Below are positions 26,901 through 39,929 of a stretch of DNA of 64,000 nt, piece by piece. The stretch's first letter is position 1. Each line of letters opens with the position of its first letter. The DNA lies in NCBI GenBank assembly GCA_964057225.1, contig OZ059894.1, positions 10,726,001 to 10,790,000 on the forward strand, in the 5' to 3' direction. The notes beneath the pieces were generated by a model. That model was not told the origin of the DNA, made no database searches, and saw only the letters and a list, made by a program, of their open reading frames with translations. The position numbers and the translations under genes are program-made. The DNA is from Auanema rhodensis (taxonomy: Eukaryota > Animalia > Nematoda).

Positions 26901-29288
26901 AGTAGATTCTTCATCACATAAAAATAAGTGAACATGTTTAAGATTTTCGAAAGATGAGAAATGTTTTGAATGGAAAACTTTTATATTTGCTCTATAGACT
27001 TCATCAATGAGAAAAATAATAAAATGAATGTAAAGTAGAAAGCACAAAGGTTTTAAACGGTACCTGAACGAATGAAATTTAGAAAAAAAAACGAAGAAAT
27101 AAGGAATAGGTACTAGTTCTTTAGATCATTTGATAAGATGTTGACGAAAATGAACAAAAAAATGAAAAGAGAATTAAAGTGAGACGAGAGAAAAAGAAAT
27201 GAGGCCAACAACGAAAATTGGTGAAGGAAAAGCTAGCTAGTGCCGATATTTGGATTATACAAGAAAATTTTGGAATAAAAGGCAAGGAGAAGTAGCTGAT
27301 ATGTTCCTTTCGACAGAATGAATATGACGTGACCAATGCGAAGTAGAGACACAGAGGTGTTCTAGTCGGCAAACAGTCGGTCGGCCGGAGGTCGCTTGTC
27401 CTTTTCAGGAAGAACGTAAACTTTTGGCACAGGTGTGAGTCAGGCAATCAAATGATTAGACAGAAAAAACATGATAGGGAGAAGCTTATACCAATTGATC
27501 TTAAATGGACTCAAATGACACTTATAACTGCTAGCTTAGTAATAATCCCGTTAACAAAATAGACATTGTATAGAGAAAGGTGATAATAAAAAAATATTTG
27601 ATAAGTGGTAACAATAGAGAAATGGAAAAACTTGAGAACCAGAAAACAGAACTAGATGCCGAATAATCACAAAAAATAAGAATGAAACGAGGCTGTGATA
27701 CAAGGACAGTTGTACATGGTACATTTGTATGATTCATGTAAGATTTTCAATATAATTAATACGAAAAGCTGAATTTGGCTCTGTATGCCGGCTAATAGTC
27801 AACTAGGTTTGGGATTGAAATATAGTCTGGCTAGGTTATTGCTTTAAGAAAGAGTGGGAGGAGAAGATGAAAGTGCATCTGATGTTCTGCAATATTCGTA
27901 GATCTACCCTCTGCCCTTCTCTCTCATTTTCTTCAAGGCGTTCCCTAGCGTTCGTACTATTTCACTGTATCTCCTCTTCTCTGCATATCCTCTCGCTCTG
28001 TCGTCTATTCATACACTTACACTCCTCCTTTGAACGGTGTTTTTCACTATTTCTATGCTGTTTTAACTCTCTCGGAGAACGTTCACCCGTTCTGTTTCAT
28101 TGACGTCTGATTCTTGGTTGTCAACAACTAACTCTCTCCATCTCTTTCTCTCTTTGTCCTGAAAGAACAGCAGTTCTTTTTCTTAGCTAACTGTCTAAAG
28201 CATTCCTTATCATTTACCCCTCTTTCGTTCTTTTTCTATCTCAGCAGTTATTTGATGCTTTTTTTTTATTTTCTTCATCTTTATCTTTCTATAAAATGAA
28301 TAAAATATAGTTTATATTATTAATAGTATTAGCTAGTAATAGATATAGTAGAAGTAGTAGTAGTAGTAATAATAATAATAGTAAAAATAGTAAAATATTG
28401 ATAATATCATAAGTAGTAGTACTAACTATCGATAGTCCTAATAGTAATATATTATATTTTCTTTCAAATGATGTCAACTTTATTCTTGAATTTCAGTTAT
28501 ACGAGAATAGTTAGTTAGTTCTTTACCCTTATATATGAGTGATCTTTTATAATTTGTATATTCTTAACAGTTATAGATGGGGAGATAATAATGCAAAATA
28601 AAATTGAAAAAAACAGAAAAGAAAGAATTAAGAAACGCAAACCAGGCACCTAGTCAAGTTGGAAAATCGTAGAGAGTACATTTCAACTATTGTGTATTGA
28701 GTGCAGCATAGGGGCAGGATGTCGTCAGACTATGAATAGTTCGAAGAACAAACTGGAGATATTCTCATTTCTTGCTGCATTATCCCTCTCATTTCAAATT
28801 AACACTTGTTTTGTTTAAAGTGTTATTATATCAACCAGGAAGGAGCATCATGTTAAGTGTGATCACTTCATAGTTTTATAAAGAATTGAAGATATTTATA
28901 AAGATTATATGAATTTCAATGGATATGGACAAATAGAAAACTTAAAAAAATTTTTTTCAACTTTCATTGACTGCGATTTTCGCAAATCAAAATGTTTGAT
29001 CGCAGCAAAGGTAGAGGAAGTTGTTGAAATCATGTTTTCGTCAACAAGGAATGATAGATAATCACGAAACTATTATATAGCAAGAACATATGTTGAAAAT
29101 CAGTAAAATATCTTCAAAATAGAAGAAGAATATAGTAAAATAAGGAAATATGATTGAAATTCTTTGATTCACATACATATATTTGTATATATCAGTGGTT
29201 TAAATATCACAATGACATGAATGTGTTCATGTCACCGTTAAAAATATCAAGAAATGAAAAAAAATGAAAAAAGACAGACGTTACAAAT

Positions 29289-29340
<52 letters not shown>

Positions 29341-32300
29341 GATAGAGACCATAGATGCAAAAAGAAATAGTCTTTTCTTGTACATCTACTTTGGACATTG
29401 TTCATTTTAGTTCACACAAGTGCTCTCTCTTCGTTTTTCTGTTTTATGTGATCGTCATCTCTAAAGTGACTAGACTAGCTGCGAATGGCCCAGCCCCTCC
29501 TTGTTCTTTAAGTCTTCTAGTAGCAGTGCTGATGCTGCCCTAAATTGCCACAAGAAAGTGCGTAAAAGTGCAGGCGCCCTCTAGCGTTACTTGCGGACTT
29601 ACATTTTATTGCCTAGAGGCAGAAGGTGGACTTTTGTTTTGCAAAACTTTATACACTTCGAGATATGTTTATGACATGTGAAAGCATCTTTAAATGGTGA
29701 ATGTATAGTTTCTTTAAAACAACTGTGTGCAATACAAAAATGGGTTCAAGTGATGAGTCTGCAAGTCGGGAAAAAAACCTCTCAAGAATAGAAAATATAC
29801 CATTAAGTGAAAAGAGAGAGAGCAATGGGTTTGAAGTAGGGTTGCTATAATGTGCTGTCCAATGGCATTTTCAAGCACACAAAGCTACAAACAAACCAAA
29901 AAACCCACAACTTTTGTTATGCTCAGCGTCTCATACTTTTCTAAGTTAAGAATCAGTGTGGCAAACATACTAATAAAGAACATTATATAGTTGAATGCAC
30001 AAACGTATTACGAATTACTTCAACTTAGTTCAATGCTAAAGAACTTAGTGACAGCATGATGTCATTGGTATAAGTATCAAGAATATTTTATTGAGAAGAT
30101 AAATGATCAGTATTTAATTTAAATTTAAAAGAATGAATATGTAGTTAAGCTGAACATTCGTAAATATATCAAAAATAATGAGAGAAAGTTTGATGACCGG
30201 AGATCAGATGGAGAAACAGAAGTGTAGATAGGGATGTGATTCAACTGACCGATGACGATGAAAGAGGATTCATATTAGAGAGATACATAGATAGACTTGC
30301 ACTCTATGTGTATTGAAGTATGAAAAGCAAATGATTTTTGAATACAATATAATGTTATTCCTTTCTTAATCCAAAGACAATTTATTTGGAATCAAGAGTA
30401 GACTATAAGCCACCTTGACCAGCTTATTAAAACGTCGATGGCAACTATGCGATGCTGGGACATGAGTACAACATTGAATCGGATGTGAGAAGAGGGAGAG
30501 AAGAGATAAAGACATTGAGGGCTGAAGCATACAACGATCACACGGCTTAGGGTAAGAAGTGCATATGCATGTATGAATGTGGACATGCAATACACATATC
30601 ACAATCCCACACTTTGATAAATAAGATTGTTCATCATGGCCTTCCTAATAGATGTAAAAAATCCTATTTTCTTAGGAGAATATTCGAAAAATAGAAAAAA
30701 AAGGATGATGAAAAACAAAACAGATTGAAAAGAGAGAAGATATTCTCTACTTGTGTAGAATGAGATGAGAAAAAAATAATGATGACAGGCGGTGTTGTTT
30801 GAGACGTAAAGGAAAACAGGTTAGGAGTAGAGAGAAATAGAGTGCAGAAATAGTTCATCATATAAACAGGAGTACGTCGTTCTGCGCTGAAAAGGAGACA
30901 TCGTTATTGTCCCTTCTTGTGGACGCTTGACTATGAATCTACCTAAAGAAACTCCAACTAGATAGTACTTGAACAGATTATGAGGAACTTATTAAAATGA
31001 TATCCATTGTCAAATTGTATATACATTTGACCGTATTAGGACAATTTTGGAGTTATTTGTTGTTATGGAGGTAGGGTGTATGGAGAAGCTCGAAGATCGG
31101 GCATATAGGAAAGAAGGTGATCAACGTCATATGAAATCCGTTTATTTGTCATTTTCTGATGTTGCAGAAATTAAACTTATTGGAATAGATTAAAGGTTAA
31201 TTTGTTTTTTTCTATTCTCTACATGTAATTCCATTTGAATTCATAAAAAAGTTTTAATAAACTTTCATTATAAACAGTAATTGTATAAGTTCTTCCCATG
31301 TAAGTCATCAACTAACAAATAACAGACTTGTGTCATGCCAAAGTCATTTTGCTACCTTTTCAAAAATTTTTGAAAGGTGGGAAAATAATAAAATTGAAGA
31401 ATAAATTTGATAGAGAAGAAGAAGAAGAAGAAAGTTTCATCTTAATATTATACAGAAGCGTCTTTTCAAAGTTTCTTCTGCTCATTCAGTTCAATCTTTT
31501 TGAATTTCGTAGTATTGAGTATAAAGTATTATATACATATATATATATAGTTTTTCTCAAATCAAAATGATATTATTGAATCTGTAAATGTGAAATATCT
31601 TTCAAATTTGAAGAGATTATTTAATCTTAATACTAATTTGATGTTAAAAATACGAATATAATTCATATATGTATAAATATTTAAAATAAGAATTGAAAGA
31701 CAAAACAACATTTTATCTGTTTCCAAGGAAAATTTTCTTTTTAAAGTTTTTATTTTATATAATATAAAGATTAAATTGTTAACTAGACGTTAGTATTATT
31801 CTACCTTTTAACGAAGAATTGCAGAGATTGAAAAACGGGAAAGAGCAAAAAGTAAAAGAATATCCATATCCATTAGTGGGAAATTGTAAAAGTTCAAGAG
31901 TGTCAAAACAAAGAGAACATAATGAGCAAATAAAAATATACCAAATTGAATCAGATGTTAATAGATAATGGCATCTGTTAATTTCAGATCGTAGTCACTG
32001 ATTTAATAACTAAATATACAACAAGAAACTTCAAATCGGAAAGCTCCAATCTTTGAATTTAAAAAAAATCTGAATTCCATAAATTAAACGCAGAGCCCTT
32101 TTAAGAAAAATAGCGAAAGTTAAGAGATTGTGTTGTGATTTTTCAAAAGAAACTTTTCTTTTTTGAAATATATGCATGTGATTTGATCGCTATTAGGACA
32201 ACGTGACGTTCGTAAAGCCTTCTATGGACGACACCTTAATCGTGTCGTCAGTTTGAATAGTTTGTCCTAATATACAACAGCAATAGCAATAACATCACAT

Positions 32301-34583
32301 TGCCATTGAGTACAAGTTAAGAGCGAAAGGAATGATGTGAGATAATACTTGTATCTTTCGTTCACCAAATCATAATTGAAAGATAGCTGAAAATGGGGGC
32401 AATATAGCAAATGATTGGAAATAAGATTTAAATAAATGAATTGAAAATAATAATATAAATTAACTTCCTTATTAATATATACTATAATATAGAATATATT
32501 TCTTATCTAAAATTAAAAATATATATATTAAAGAGCAACAAGATGTAACAATGTTAGACTGAGTTAGATATGAAGAATAGTAGTAATGACATGGACAGTC
32601 AAGGAATTTTGAGAAATATCGGAAGTATAACAATCTGTGTGTCCTCTGTAAGTTCAATAAAAGTCTTAATTTCATAATATTTGAATAATATTTGGGAAAA
32701 TTGAAAAATATGGAAAAGGCGAAAATAGATAAGTATAATATCAATGTCATTGTGTTCAACGGTCTACATATAGTCTAACTAAGCAACAAAAAATACAGCA
32801 AAGGCTTTCCTTTTTGACTGCCAAGCACTATTCTTCTGGCACACTATTCTTTTTCTCAATTTTTTTGCGTTTTAGAGAGAGAGAGAGAGAGATGGGAAGA
32901 GGGAGTCAGATAGGGCAATAGTGAGAAAGAGGAGAAAACGAATAAGAGATAGAATTAGTGAGGGAGAGAGGACGAGAGTATACGCCAGAGATAGAATGAG
33001 ATGGAGAAAAGAGTACTGAATAACACAACTTCACATTTCCAAAAAAAGAGGAGGATGGCATGTATATATGGTGGCTAGTATAACAAATAGAAATGAAACG
33101 AAATATTGGGCAATTGTGTGAGAGAGGGTGAGAAGAAAGTCATACTAAATATGGTTTTGCACGTTAAAATTTGTCAGAGTAACATCATTTCTAATGATAA
33201 GGTCGTGTATTATTATTGTCAGATGACGAGTACTACAAATGATCGTCAGCCTATGCTTCCAGTTCTATTAACAATCGGCTCACCATATATTTGTGGTGAT
33301 AAGTAACAAAAAATACGCTTTCGTTAACAATGTGATTCAAAAGATTTTTGGTAATGGTGAGGAACATGGAGAGATACAGATTAATTTCCGCGTTTAATTG
33401 GTATATTACTGCGATTTATATTGATCGACTTAAACGATATTTCTTTTTTTTTTCATAAATTACTATTATTATGTGGTTAGACTTTTTTAGATAGAAAGAA
33501 AATCCCTAATAAAGTTAGGAGCATAAAAGGGAGAATAAGGAAATGAGAAAAGAGTAATATATCATTCTAATATTAATAAAATAAAAAGAATTATATCAAA
33601 TATAATATCAATCTAGTGAAAGAAGAGTTTAGTGTTCATGGGACTTATTCATTCAAACTACACATACATTCATACATCATTTATACATATCTTTCAAATT
33701 TATAATTAATTGTAATAAGCATATCATATGTGGTTATACTCAATTATTATATCTAATAATTGGGAATATTTGGCATTTACCAGAGAAAATCTAACCTTCT
33801 GTTCAGATTGAATATATATTCAGCAAAAGACTTCAAGCTATTCTCATCACAATGTAGTTTCAAAATTTGCAAATACAAGTTCTATGAGATTTCTAGAGAA
33901 ATATTTCTACCCAATAATTTTATATAACTAAAAGGAAGTCTTTGAAATAAGATGCGAGAAGCTTCTGTAATGCTGATCTGAATTCATCTGCTCTTTTGGA
34001 CTCTTGGTCTGTTGGCAAAGTAAAGTGCAGAGTCATCATTCCGCGTACACCTGATGACATCGATAGCGAAAGAAGCTAACACTATGACAATGGAAGCAAA
34101 AAGCAAAATTTGGACTTTTTCTCATAGATATTCTGATCTCATTTCCACAATTTCCAAAACTGAATGTTTTCCAAATTTAGATGAGAAATAACAAATCTGT
34201 ACAATCTTATCAATATACCCTAATTCTTGAACAAAAAAACGAAGAGATAACATTTGCAGATACACGTTTATGAAATACGAAATATTGCCAAGTAGAAAGA
34301 TTAGGCAAGAGCAAGAGAGAAAATACATTAGCTTGCACAGGATACTTGAAAAAGGCCATGCAGAATCTAATATAGAATGAGAAAGTAAGTACAGGATAAA
34401 TGAAGGGAGATTGAAAACGAGGAAATAAAGACATAGAGAGAAAGGGTTGGAAAGGGCATCGCCCGATGACGACGAAATAATTGTCTGCACGTCGACCCAT
34501 CTGAGAGAAGCTAAGTGCAAGTGCACTTTTCAATCGCCAATAAGCGGCATCGATGAGAAGAGCTCCCAACATCAGCACATCTT

Positions 34584-34618
<35 letters not shown>

Positions 34619-37600
34619 CTCGCTCTTTCTCTTTTTTTTTCTTTCTATCTTGATGTCTTAGCTATCTTTTTCTCTTTTTTTTTGGTTTTCCCTCTCTTCT
34701 CTTTCTCTCGTTTTACGTTCTCTTTCTTTATTTCGTTTTCTCTCATTATCTTCCGATTCCCTATCTTTAGCTTGATCCCCAATCCACTTGTTCTGACATC
34801 ATTTTATAGCCAATTGCTTGCTTTTCAACAAGAAATTGACTAGGAAAGAATTAGATCCGTAAAATATACAAAAATATTTTTTTCTCTTCATCAATCTATC
34901 TATTCCTATCTGTCGGTATGCCCCAGTGTCACTCACTTATTCACTATTTTTTACGAGAAAAAGCTTTCAAGAAAGAAAGAAAGAAAGAAAGAAGTTCCCA
35001 CAAAAATTATAGTCTAATAAAATATAATTTCATATTGTGAAAGGTTGTGAATTACAAAGACATTTTATTAGAAATTGAATTAAATCCGAAAATATGACTT
35101 ACTTCAATTAGAGTTTATATGGCTGACTGGTTGTTCAACTTCTGAAACTTAAAGATAATTTCATTTCATGATCATATAGTTATATAAGTAAAATATAAAT
35201 TATTTGATAAAAAAATAAAAAGTTGACAAAGAGAATCTGATAGGATATTGAGAAATAAAGATATGAAATCCTTGATAAACGTAGTGCATACATACTTGGA
35301 TGTTCATATTCGTGTAGGCAGATATGTATAAAGAATAAGATTCGAAATAACTTTTAAATCCGTCTAGCTTTTAGAGAGAATCGGGCGATTGAGAATTTTG
35401 ATTGAAAATTGAAAAGGATGGAAGTACTAAGAGAAAAACGAGAGAATATCTTAATCGCTCAATTTTATTTCAAAAATATACTAAAAATATCAATTTTCTT
35501 ATGTTAAACTATGAATACCATTAAAACTTATCAAATGAATTTTGAATTCTCATAAAATAGTTAATCACATGAATAATTAATTGAATTAATTGAAATAAGT
35601 TTCATTATGCTCTGAAATAAGAGTTGCACATTCTATTGGCTTAAACAGAGCTTATCGACGAAACGGCAATACTACACTCCGATTTCTTTTCTCATCGAAA
35701 TCTGTTGGAATATGAGTTGTTTCTAGCATATTTATGCTAAAAACCAAAAATCATATTGTAATTAAAATCATAATATGATATTCAAAAGATGATTTTATTT
35801 ACAATTAATTTGAGATATATGTATTTGTGTATGGTAGTAATGAAGCTGCGTCATGATCATCAGATTAAATAAATGAAAAAAAAACAATTTAAATGAATAT
35901 GATTAGAAAAAAGATTTGATTATTATTATCCTTTCTTTTGGTAAACAAGTAAATTGTATTTAATTCTAAAATCTTTTAATTTCCATAAAATTCAATATGA
36001 TCTTAATGTTCCAGTAGAAGTTATCTTGATGCTTGATGTGAATTTCAAAGTTATTTTCATCAGCCAATGCTAACTTTCTAATTGAAGTCCAAAGTGCGTT
36101 GAGGCGTGAAGCTCAACACTTAAAATCACAAAAGGAGCAAAATGTACAGAAACTTCAAAGATGGAGGAATATAATAGAATTTATAAATTTAAAATGTATA
36201 TGCACACATGTGTATTTTCATTATTCACACAATTATAGAAAATACTTGCTGGTGAAATAGTTTAGGAAATGTAACGAAATGGAAACGTAAAATCTTGAAA
36301 ACCCCTGTTCTTGTACTGATAACAGAGGGCAAAATAGATATTGAGAACTATAGAGAAAAATTAAGAAGATAGAGAAATAAAGAGGGGGATGAGAAGACCA
36401 ACAGTTGAAAAAGAAAAAATGGAAAAGAGCAAACGGGTTAAGAATGATTTTTTTCGATATATCAGTTTTTTTGGCTTTCATTTGATGATTTCTTTGTATA
36501 CTTCAGATGCATTAGTTATTGTGTGAATTAAACTTCTTTCAAATATTATTATATCAATAAGAACATATAGTTAATCATAAGAATAAGGTTCGTAAAAGGA
36601 ATATTAAAATAGGAAGATTAGTTTTACTTTAAATAGAGGATTAGATGAATTTGTTCTGTGAGTGATAATCTGTCCATATTCTCAGAGATCTATTCAATAT
36701 ATGTTAAACGGATATACGTAACAGAGTGTATCTTTGAACAATAGTAGGATACACTTTGTTCACATGTAATAAGTAGGGCTTAAACAAATCAGTCAATTCT
36801 GTTCTTAATTTAATGTTAAAGAAAAAATAGAAAATATGGAATAATTTTTTGAGATTGTAGTTGAACCATGGTCGTGATTTTCTTGATATGGTTAAAAATA
36901 ATCCTTGAACCTCTGGTCCGAGCATAGTACTTCTCCTTAGCGCAGGGATAGAAAGGAATGCGTGACCGTGATACTTTATGATTGAATGCTATATGCACTA
37001 AGAAGTGAATTTATTCCCTTCAAATATTGGAATAATTTCGCAAAAGAAAATTATAAACAAAGAAATGATCTTTAAAAGGTTGAGTCAATGTGTTATATAC
37101 AAATGAAATACAACTAAGATTATTTATTTGTATGACTGACTGATAGCAATTTGGTTTATAAACTTAAATATAAAGGTTAAAGTTCATTCTATACATCTTA
37201 TAAGACGAAATAAGAAAATTAGAAGAAATAATAATGAAAATCATTTCTTTATGTTTTTGAGAAAGTGCTTATATATATGTATATACATACATATATGTAT
37301 AAATTATTTTAGTTTTATATATGCATATTATACTTGTGTGTGTATATGCGCATATATGATATATATGCATATCTCACAAAAGAAAATATATAATTCGATC
37401 AAGCCCTTAAAGTTTATCAATGAATAATCTATTAGCTGATATCAAGACAAAACCGATTGAACTGATACCTGCTATTCTAACAGATTAATCTTTATAGCAT
37501 CTCTTTAAAAATTAATCGCAGTGATATTCTCCTAGATTATGAAGTATATAGAGGTGTGAGATATACGACTAGATTCCGAAAAAAAGATGAATGTTTCGGC

Positions 37601-39826
37601 AAAAGAAGTGGAGCATAATTGACTTGAACTTAATCTATGAACTTTTGAGGTGCAAATCCTTTCTGAATGCTCTTATGCTCAATGCTCCCTCGCCCACTAA
37701 GCTCATTGCTTCTCGATATCTGAAATCTATTTTATACACTCCTTACTAATCTCATTTTCTTTCATCTCTCGCATGCTAAATATTGCCTTTAGGCCTCGAG
37801 CAACTTTTCTTTTTTTCTAGTACTTTTCACTCTTTGTTGCACTCGTTATTAATTTTACTGCTTGCTCCCTTAGAAAATTAGTTCAGAAATAGTTGTGAGA
37901 ATAATTCAACACTTCTACTTATTTGCTTAAAACTATTCATAAGATGGAATATATTTTGAAGAAAATCTATAATATACTGTAAGATGGAACATAGATAAAT
38001 ATTTTCAATGATATTGCGAGAAATGAAAATAGATGTAACTATTAGTGGTTCAGTTACGTTGTTTAAGCTATATTTAATTGGCTTCGCGACACAGATATTG
38101 GTAATTGACATTTGCGAGCAGTTCCTCATTAGCTATATGCATAAATCTCATATTTCCATTATCCTGAACAACTTCCCGAATGTATCCAATTTTGTCATGG
38201 AAAATGTTAACAACCTATCACAATATTATACTTTCCAAATGTTTTCTCGACCTTTTATGCTACTGATTAAAATAATCTTGCGTAATTAACAATATTAAGT
38301 ATGAACAAATCTTAAATTTCGATTCAAATAAGTTCAATAGTATAGTAGATGAAATTAAAAAAGACCTTTACATTCTTGAACTTTTCTAAGTATTATTCTG
38401 AGTAAGTATTTATACTTTCATACCCAGTAATCATGTATATTGAAGTAGAAGTTCGCAACGCCAGATTCAACATTTCAATAAAATAATAATGAATATGTAC
38501 ATATACAATTATATACAATTTCACTTTTAAATTGTCATAATGTCATATAATGAAAACTATGTATATTAATATAATTATGATCTTGTAACAAAGATTCTTG
38601 AATCATGATTTGCGATCATGTTCAAAAGTATTGTTGGATTAGCATCAATTGAACAAATTCAAAACCAAGCAATATTGAATGAAAACATGAAAAAATTAAA
38701 TGGTTGTTCGAATATTATCATCAGCTTTATAATAAAAATGATAAACAATTCAGGACAGATTGAGTCAAATAGGATCAACATGATAATGTATATAAGTAAT
38801 TTCTGCAATCAGTTGAGTTTGACAAGAGAATTTTACTTCAATTATTCCATTTTAAAGATGGTCATTTCTGTAATTATTGAGAACAATCCATGACCAGGGC
38901 TCAAATGCCACCCAAGGGCAAGATACTTGACCTTTTTCTCATCTACAAATCTCAGCACTTAGTTATCAATAGATATAAACAAGTTTGAAAATGAAAATGC
39001 GTACTAATATTATTCTCCGAAGCGAAAATATCTTAAAAAAACGGAAGAATGCTATAGAGTTGATCAGCAGATCTTTTGCGTTACCCATATTCCTTTGGGT
39101 CGAACAAGACTAAGCCCTTTTTTTGCCCTTTCGTTGCACTTTCCCTACATGGGTCTCATGCATTCACGTAATGATGGATTGGAAATCTGTTGTAAAATAA
39201 GCGAAAACTCAGGGATCAATTTGCTTTCTTAAGTAGCTTGAATGAAGGTATAAAAACGAAAGATCATACTTTTTTTTAAATTCAAGATCTTTATGTAAAC
39301 GGAGAGCTTTTAACATAGCAATTCTTTAATATAATGTGGATGTTATAGCACAAATTCTATATTTAAGAACTAATACCAACTGTTCTCTTATTGAATGCTA
39401 TAATGTAAAGTCATCTGAAATGCAGTTTAGCTACTAAGATTTAATAATATTCCGATTCTACATAGAATAATTATTATTCATTAACAAGATCATTTTCAAT
39501 ATTTTATATGACTAGTTATAAAAAAGAAAAAATAATGTATAATCAATAATAATGGTTACAGGAAGTTGCAAAGCTGCATAAAACAGAAAATCTTTGGAAT
39601 ACCGATATTCTTCTACCGGCATTCACGTAAGTTAATACTGTAATCCAACCAAAAAAAGCGTTTTAGTTATGTTGTCGTAAGAGCGCAAATCCGGCACTTG
39701 GGAACTGAAATATTGTTAATTGACAACTTTAGTCGTATTTTTCGAGGATCAGGAGAAGTGTCGATGATGTTTACTATGTTGCAAAGCAGTTATCACATAA
39801 TTTTTAATGATAAAAATACTATATGA
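6824..39826 (+). CDS. ALS2: Alsin/ALS2-type Rab5 GEF (RCC1-like repeats, DH/PH, MORN repeats, VPS9); many small exons and two giant introns (9661-17777, 21432-39561)
   Basis: RCC1-like EVWSFGDNKCGQLG and IIDVVAGSDFSAVLTAAGEVYIWG (~8140-8410). DH end LFFRIINWLKYLETFGQQLALLPK|DDSARS..ADKTLTLW spans intron 9661-17777 (phase 0). MORN repeats VYDGEWRNNSLHGKGTLLLPNGD and YSDGRTYEGYVINNEPHGFG. VPS9 MLQRLPMETNPSQKLRIIADTFSAMKS (21306-21431) joins in phase to EVAKLHKTENLWNTDILLPAFT (39562-39626) and YVVVRAQIRHLGTEILLIDNF..GEVSMMFTMLQSSYHII..* (39667-39826). This resembles the human ALS2 C-terminus as I recall it ([50 protein letters not shown]). ATG 6824 follows a TTTCAG acceptor. Confidence 0.88.
11564..12471 (-). 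CDS. Secreted protein (245 aa) with acidic low-complexity middle and 8-Cys C-terminal domain, nested antisense in ALS2 giant intron 1
   Basis: Exons 12471-12387, 12289-11883 and 11809-11564 join in frame (738 nt). Signal peptide MFLLIVLAVLGFASA; C-terminus [35 protein letters not shown]. Canonical GT/TTTTCAG sites. Confidence 0.85.
12582..12588 (-). promoter_or_regulatory. TATA box (TATATAA) of the nested secreted-protein gene
   Basis: CCTATATAAG on the minus strand ~110 bp upstream of ATG 12471. Confidence 0.55.
23866..23933. repeat. (TA)n microsatellite
   Basis: Directly visible, just downstream of the second nested gene. Confidence 0.95.
24089..26435 (-). CDS. Unknown low-complexity, probably nuclear protein (~365 aa), nested antisense in ALS2 giant intron 2
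   Basis: Six exons join in frame: MNNQSSPVPILGSFELQAIIASIPQELRDNNSIE | RINPK..QQFQNQAAASAAAAAA..FGFFPPM | NQFRSS..IRPRAFSSAATLQNSK | DSSTERRRKRSLR..LKLRMDMAK | VLNNADQS..FRHHPKYQ | KRSRQGPDM..NDSGYTSADSPK..ELKLEA*. One junction uses a GC-AG intron (25207-25252). No family recognised. Confidence 0.75.
29294..29337. repeat. (GA)n microsatellite
   Basis: Directly visible. Confidence 0.95.
34587..34614. repeat. (CT)n microsatellite
   Basis: Directly visible. Confidence 0.9.
35103..35141 (-). other. Candidate 39-nt non-coding 5' exon of the nested 24089-26435 gene
   Basis: Minus strand reads TTTCAG|AAGTTGAACAACCAGTCAGCCATATAAACTCTAATTGAA|GTAAGT, with consensus acceptor and donor and no ATG. The link to the gene is inferred. 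Confidence 0.35.
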
Positions 39827-39929
39827 ATATTAAAGATTATTATGCTGTAATTGAAAACTAATACAGAGTAAGATAACGCAAAGAAGTGCACAAGTGTGGT
39901 GAACTCAATTGAAAATAAAAATAAGAATG

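Noticed and set aside
26489-38893. Many 60-135-aa hydrophobic ORFs in ALS2 giant intron 2
   Set aside because: Derived from GA/CT/TAG simple repeats and AT-rich DNA; no coherent exon chains.
38905-38990. PKGKILDLFLI resembling a LINE endonuclease motif, with nearby GGC-N6-GCC
   Set aside because: Too short and no adjoining motifs. The spacing differs from the GGC-N5-GCC at 58531.
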